Part shown: in pieces, positions 60,665 through 64,000 of the stretch
Numbering within the stretch: position 1 is the first letter of the stretch
Layout: every line of letters begins with the position of its first letter
Assembly (NCBI GenBank): GCA_039715015.1
Contig: JBDLIE010000003.1
Coordinates: 32,001-96,000 of the forward strand
Reading direction: 5' to 3'
Length of the DNA: 64,000 nt
Source: Thermodesulfobacteriota bacterium
GTDB taxonomy: Bacteria > Desulfobacterota > Desulfobulbia > Desulfobulbales > SURF-16
The notes under the pieces: model-generated
The model's input: the letters and a program-made list of their open reading frames with translations, nothing else
Database searches by the model: none
Told to the model about the DNA's origin: nothing
Translations under genes and position numbers: made by a program

Positions 60665-61747
60665 ATGCCAGATCGTATATATAACTTCAGCCCTGGACCA
60701 GCGACTCTACCCCAGGAGGTTTTGGCGCAAGCCGCTAAGGATATCGTTAATTTTAATGATAAGGGCATTGGCCTTATTGAACTCTCCCATCGCTCCAAGG
60801 AGTTTATGGCTGTTGCTGACGAGACCGAAGCGCTCCTTCGTGACCTGATGGCCATTCCCGATAATTACAAAGTGCTTTTCCTTCAGGGCGGTGCCTCAAC
60901 GCAATTTGCCATGGTTCCCATGAATCTCATGCGCCCGGACCAAAAGGCAACCTACCTTAACACCGGCACTTGGGCCAAGAAGGCCATTAAAGAGGCTAAT
61001 CTTATTGCCGAGGCTGATGTCGCCTACTCCAGCGAGGAAAGCTCCTTCAACCATGTCCCTAAAAACGGTGATTACAGCGTTGATCCTGGTGCCGAGTATC
61101 TCTATTTTGTCTCCAACAATACGATTTACGGCACCCAGTTCTCTGAGTTTCCCAAAAGTGACAAGATGCTCGTTTGCGATATGTCTTCTGACATCTTAAG
61201 CCGTAAATTTGACCTGGCGCCCTTTGGCCTGGTCTTTGCCGGCGCCCAGAAAAATATGGGTCCGGCGGGTGTAACCACGGTTATTGTTCGCGATGATTTG
61301 CTTGACCGCGCCCCTGACAGCCTGCCCACCATGCTTCGCTACAAAACCCATGCCGATAAAGGGTCCATGTTTAACACCCCGCCCTGCTTTGCCATTTATG
61401 CAGTGGGGCTGGTATGTAAGTGGCTCAAGGCCGCTGGCGGTGTCCAAGCCATGGAGCAAAAAAACAAAGAAAAAGCTGCTGTTTTGTACGACATGATTGA
61501 TTCCACCGATTTTTACAAGGGTCACGCCCAGGTGGATTCAAGGTCCTTGATGAACATAACCTTCAACCTGCCCACCCCTGAATTGGAAGCTGAGTTTATT
61601 GACCAGGCAGGTAAACTTGGCTTGGATGGACTGAAGGGCCATCGTTCCATCGGTGGTTGCCGGGCCTCAATTTACAATGCCTTCCCCAAACAGGGTGTTC
61701 TTGATCTAGTCGATTTCATGAAGAAATTTGAAACGAAAAACAGCTAG
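60665..61747 (+). CDS. serC: Phosphoserine aminotransferase
   Basis: NFSPGPA, SHRS, QGGAS, DMSSD, GAQKN and GHRSIGG. Confidence 0.96.
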   Translation: MPDRIYNFSPGPATLPQEVLAQAAKDIVNFNDKGIGLIELSHRSKEFMAVADETEALLRDLMAIPDNYKVLFLQGGASTQFAMVPMNLMRPDQKATYLNTGTWAKKAIKEANLIAEADVAYSSEESSFNHVPKNGDYSVDPGAEYLYFVSNNTIYGTQFSEFPKSDKMLVCDMSSDILSRKFDLAPFGLVFAGAQKNMGPAGVTTVIVRDDLLDRAPDSLPTMLRYKTHADKGSMFNTPPCFAIYAVGLVCKWLKAAGGVQAMEQKNKEKAAVLYDMIDSTDFYKGHAQVDSRSLMNITFNLPTPELEAEFIDQAGKLGLDGLKGHRSIGGCRASIYNAFPKQGVLDLVDFMKKFETKNS

Positions 61748-61770
61748 AGAGCCTTTGACTGTTCCAGTCA

Positions 61771-61818
61771 AATAAAAAAAGCGCGTCAAGCATTTCAACT
61801 TGACGCGCTTTTTTTATT
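61771..61818. terminator. Bidirectional intrinsic terminator
   Basis: aataaaaaaagcgcgtcaag / cttgacgcgctttttttatt between convergent genes. Confidence 0.85.
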
Positions 61819-61865
61819 TATAGATTGCCTCAACTCGATGAGACACACTTATAAATGAAAAATTC

Positions 61866-62306
61866 TTAAGGAGCTGATTGGGCGGCAGCGTCCTCTTTCT
61901 CTGAAGTTTTGGCCTTTCCTTTAAGCAGGTGAAGATCACTGGTCTCAACCTTAACCTCACCGTTTAAGGAAGCACCACCTTCCACAAGCAGATTGACCGC
62001 CTCAACATTGCCATCAATCCTGCAGCCTTTTACAACATTTAAATTGCAGGCCTTGATATTACCCTTAACTTTACCCTGACAGGTGAAGGTCTCTATTTTA
62101 ATATCACCAGTAACACTGCCTAATTCACCAAGGATGAGATGCTCTCCTTCGACATTTCCTTCAATGGATCCATCAAGGCGAAGTTTGCCGCTAAAACTGA
62201 GATCCCCTGTAAACTTCATGCCTGTGCCAATAATACTGCTAATGGCGACATTGCCGCCTCCTAATTCAAGATCCTGGTTATCATCATTTTTCTTAAAAAA
62301 ACTCAT
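61866..62306 (-). CDS. Bactofilin (polymer-forming cytoskeletal protein)
   Basis: SIIGTGMKFTGDL...LRLDGSIEGNV...G.V.G.I beta-helix repeats; N-terminal MSFFKK membrane-targeting-like peptide. Confidence 0.9.
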   Translation of the reverse strand: MSFFKKNDDNQDLELGGGNVAISSIIGTGMKFTGDLSFSGKLRLDGSIEGNVEGEHLILGELGSVTGDIKIETFTCQGKVKGNIKACNLNVVKGCRIDGNVEAVNLLVEGGASLNGEVKVETSDLHLLKGKAKTSEKEDAAAQSAP

Positions 62307-62362
62307 GGAAACTCCTTAATATTGCCAATCTGGCTGCGGGGAAATAGGTGTGTAAAGGGAAT

Positions 62363-63295
62363 TTACTGATTCACAGAAGGCATATTACGGGCAACCCTGA
62401 CAAACTTAAGAGGGTTTACGCTTTTGCCGTTATAGAGAATTTCATAATGAAGATGAGGGCCTGTACTGCGACCTGAATTTCCAACTAAACCAATCACTTG
62501 GCCGCGTTTAACCTGTTGATTTTTTTCAACAAGGCTTTTTTTCATATGAAGATAACGTGTTTTAAAGCCCTTGCCGTGGCCAACAACTACGTAATTGCCA
62601 TTCCCTTCCGTATAACCCTTGTCGACAATTTTCCCGTGGGCAGTTGTGATGATCTCAGTGCCTGTTTTATCACTAATGTCTATACCACTATGGAAAGCAA
62701 CCTTTTCGTTGATGGGGTCAATCCGACGGCCATACAATGAAGTAATAGAGCCAAGAACAGGGGGACCGAGGGGAACAGACTTGATAATATCAAGGGAATG
62801 ATCAAATTTAAAGAGGAGGTCCTCGTACGAATCTCCAGTAAGAGGCTTGAAGGGGCCACCACTATGTTTGCTGTTTTCCTTGACAGAGGTCTTTATCCCT
62901 ACTGTTTTCAGGATAGATTCGACAATCTCGCTTCTACTTTTAAGTTCACTGAGGGCATTGTTTAGAAGCTCCTCTCTCTCACTGCTCTTTACATTAAGAC
63001 CTTCAAGGATACCCTGAAACTCTGATTCTTTGTCGGCAATTTGCTTGGCAAGATGATCCTCAAAACCTTTATTCCACTCCTGGGCAGCGTGGAGATCCTG
63101 CTGTGCCTGATCAATGGAAGATTTAAGGTGAACATTCTGGTAGGAATGCTTGAAACCAAGGAAGGAAAAAAGAGCCAGCAAGAAGACAACAGCGAGAGAG
63201 GAAAGAACCACCGTGGTCAATGAAGATTTAGGCATGACATAAGATCTAGTTTGATCTCTTTCGCCTGTAATAACAATATGGAGATTACTTTTCAT
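62363..63295 (-). CDS. M23 family peptidase with membrane anchor and coiled coil
   Basis: Membrane segment, coiled coil, GGPF, RIDP, HSGID, YLHM and STGPHLHYE. Confidence 0.9.
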   Translation of the reverse strand: MKSNLHIVITGERDQTRSYVMPKSSLTTVVLSSLAVVFLLALFSFLGFKHSYQNVHLKSSIDQAQQDLHAAQEWNKGFEDHLAKQIADKESEFQGILEGLNVKSSEREELLNNALSELKSRSEIVESILKTVGIKTSVKENSKHSGGPFKPLTGDSYEDLLFKFDHSLDIIKSVPLGPPVLGSITSLYGRRIDPINEKVAFHSGIDISDKTGTEIITTAHGKIVDKGYTEGNGNYVVVGHGKGFKTRYLHMKKSLVEKNQQVKRGQVIGLVGNSGRSTGPHLHYEILYNGKSVNPLKFVRVARNMPSVNQ

Positions 63296-63516
63296 GATGT
63301 CCCTTGATGCGCTTTTATTTTTACTTTTTTTCTAATGGGATAAAGAAAACTTTTTACCCGGCTATCCAAACAAAAAACTTTCTAAAACTTAAAGTCAAAA
63401 CAAAAATACGTCGCAACTTACAACTTTCTCCTTTAATTTGTCAATCCAATTAAGCTTTTATCTCTATCCTTCTCTGTATTTTTTATATTAACAACCAAGA
63501 ATTAAAGGGTGATGAT

Positions 63517-64000
63517 GTGCATTACGAAGGAAATGTTATTAGGCCGCCAAGCGAGGCCCATTCAATCATTTTGCAGGTAACAGTGGGCTGCTCCCATAAC
63601 AAATGCACCTTTTGCGGGGCATATAAAGATGTGAAGTTTAAAATTAAGGATGAGGCCATTGTTAGAGAGGATATTGACTTTGCCTCACGATACTGTCGAA
63701 GGCAAAAAAGGGTATTTTTAGCTGACGGGGACGTTCTTATCTTGTCCCAACGTAGACTTATCACCCTTTTTAAGGAGATCAGAGAAAAACTTCCTTGGGT
63801 TAACAGAATCAGCCTCTATGCAAATGCCAAAGCAATTCTCTCCAAGTCGGAAAAGCAATTACTGGAACTTAAGAAACTTGGACTGCATCGCATTTATATG
63901 GGGCTCGAAAGTGGTGACGACAAAGTATTGCAGACCATCAAAAAGGGGGCAAACGCTGAAAAAATGATCCGGGCTGCCCAGCATGTCCGTCAGGTTGATA
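63517..64000 (+). CDS. Radical SAM protein, partial (runs off the window end)
   Basis: GTG start giving MHYEGNVIRPPSEA; CSHNKCTFC (CxxxCxxC), FLADGD and YMGLESG; absent from the ORF track because it has no stop within the window. Confidence 0.88.
   Translation, partial: MHYEGNVIRPPSEAHSIILQVTVGCSHNKCTFCGAYKDVKFKIKDEAIVREDIDFASRYCRRQKRVFLADGDVLILSQRRLITLFKEIREKLPWVNRISLYANAKAILSKSEKQLLELKKLGLHRIYMGLESGDDKVLQTIKKGANAEKMIRAAQHVRQVD

Overview
This is a 64 kb, gene-dense chromosomal segment, most likely from a Desulfobacterota (Desulfobulbales-like) bacterium; the taxon is inferred from gene content and protein style, not from a search. Housekeeping genes dominate. Amino acid synthesis: ilvB, ilvN, leuA, leuB, cimA, asd, lysC, serC and a stand-alone TrpB2. 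Lipid and LPS: psd, pssA, gmhA, a GnnA-like oxidoreductase and lpxB. Cofactors: coaD, cobA-hemD, nadC, menG and a MoeA-like protein. RNA modification: rsmD, RlmD-like, tcdA, trmJ, trmL, miaB, miaA. DNA metabolism: a topoisomerase IV-like pair, recJ, TatD, ComEA. Envelope: dacB, vWA-OmpA, AsmA-like, two M23 peptidases, bactofilin, a glucosaminidase and a deacetylase. I found no rRNA, tRNA, CRISPR array, integrase or transposase. The standout locus is a solitary secreted multiheme cytochrome at 56598-57737. It follows the motif order of the Geobacter OmcS nanowire subunit, including the CxxCHTMHNS histidine that links subunits, and it carries non-canonical CX5CH and CX6CH sites, a much shortened internal segment and a candidate sigma-54 promoter. 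Secondary points: a chimeric, multiply frameshifted pseudogene (zinc dehydrogenase joined to a TrpD/PyNP-like tail) containing a G13 tract; quinolone-site substitutions in both topoisomerase subunits; a deoxyhypusine-synthase-like unknown coupled to gmhA; and an M23-bactofilin pair. All family assignments come from motif recognition by eye; no database searches were run.
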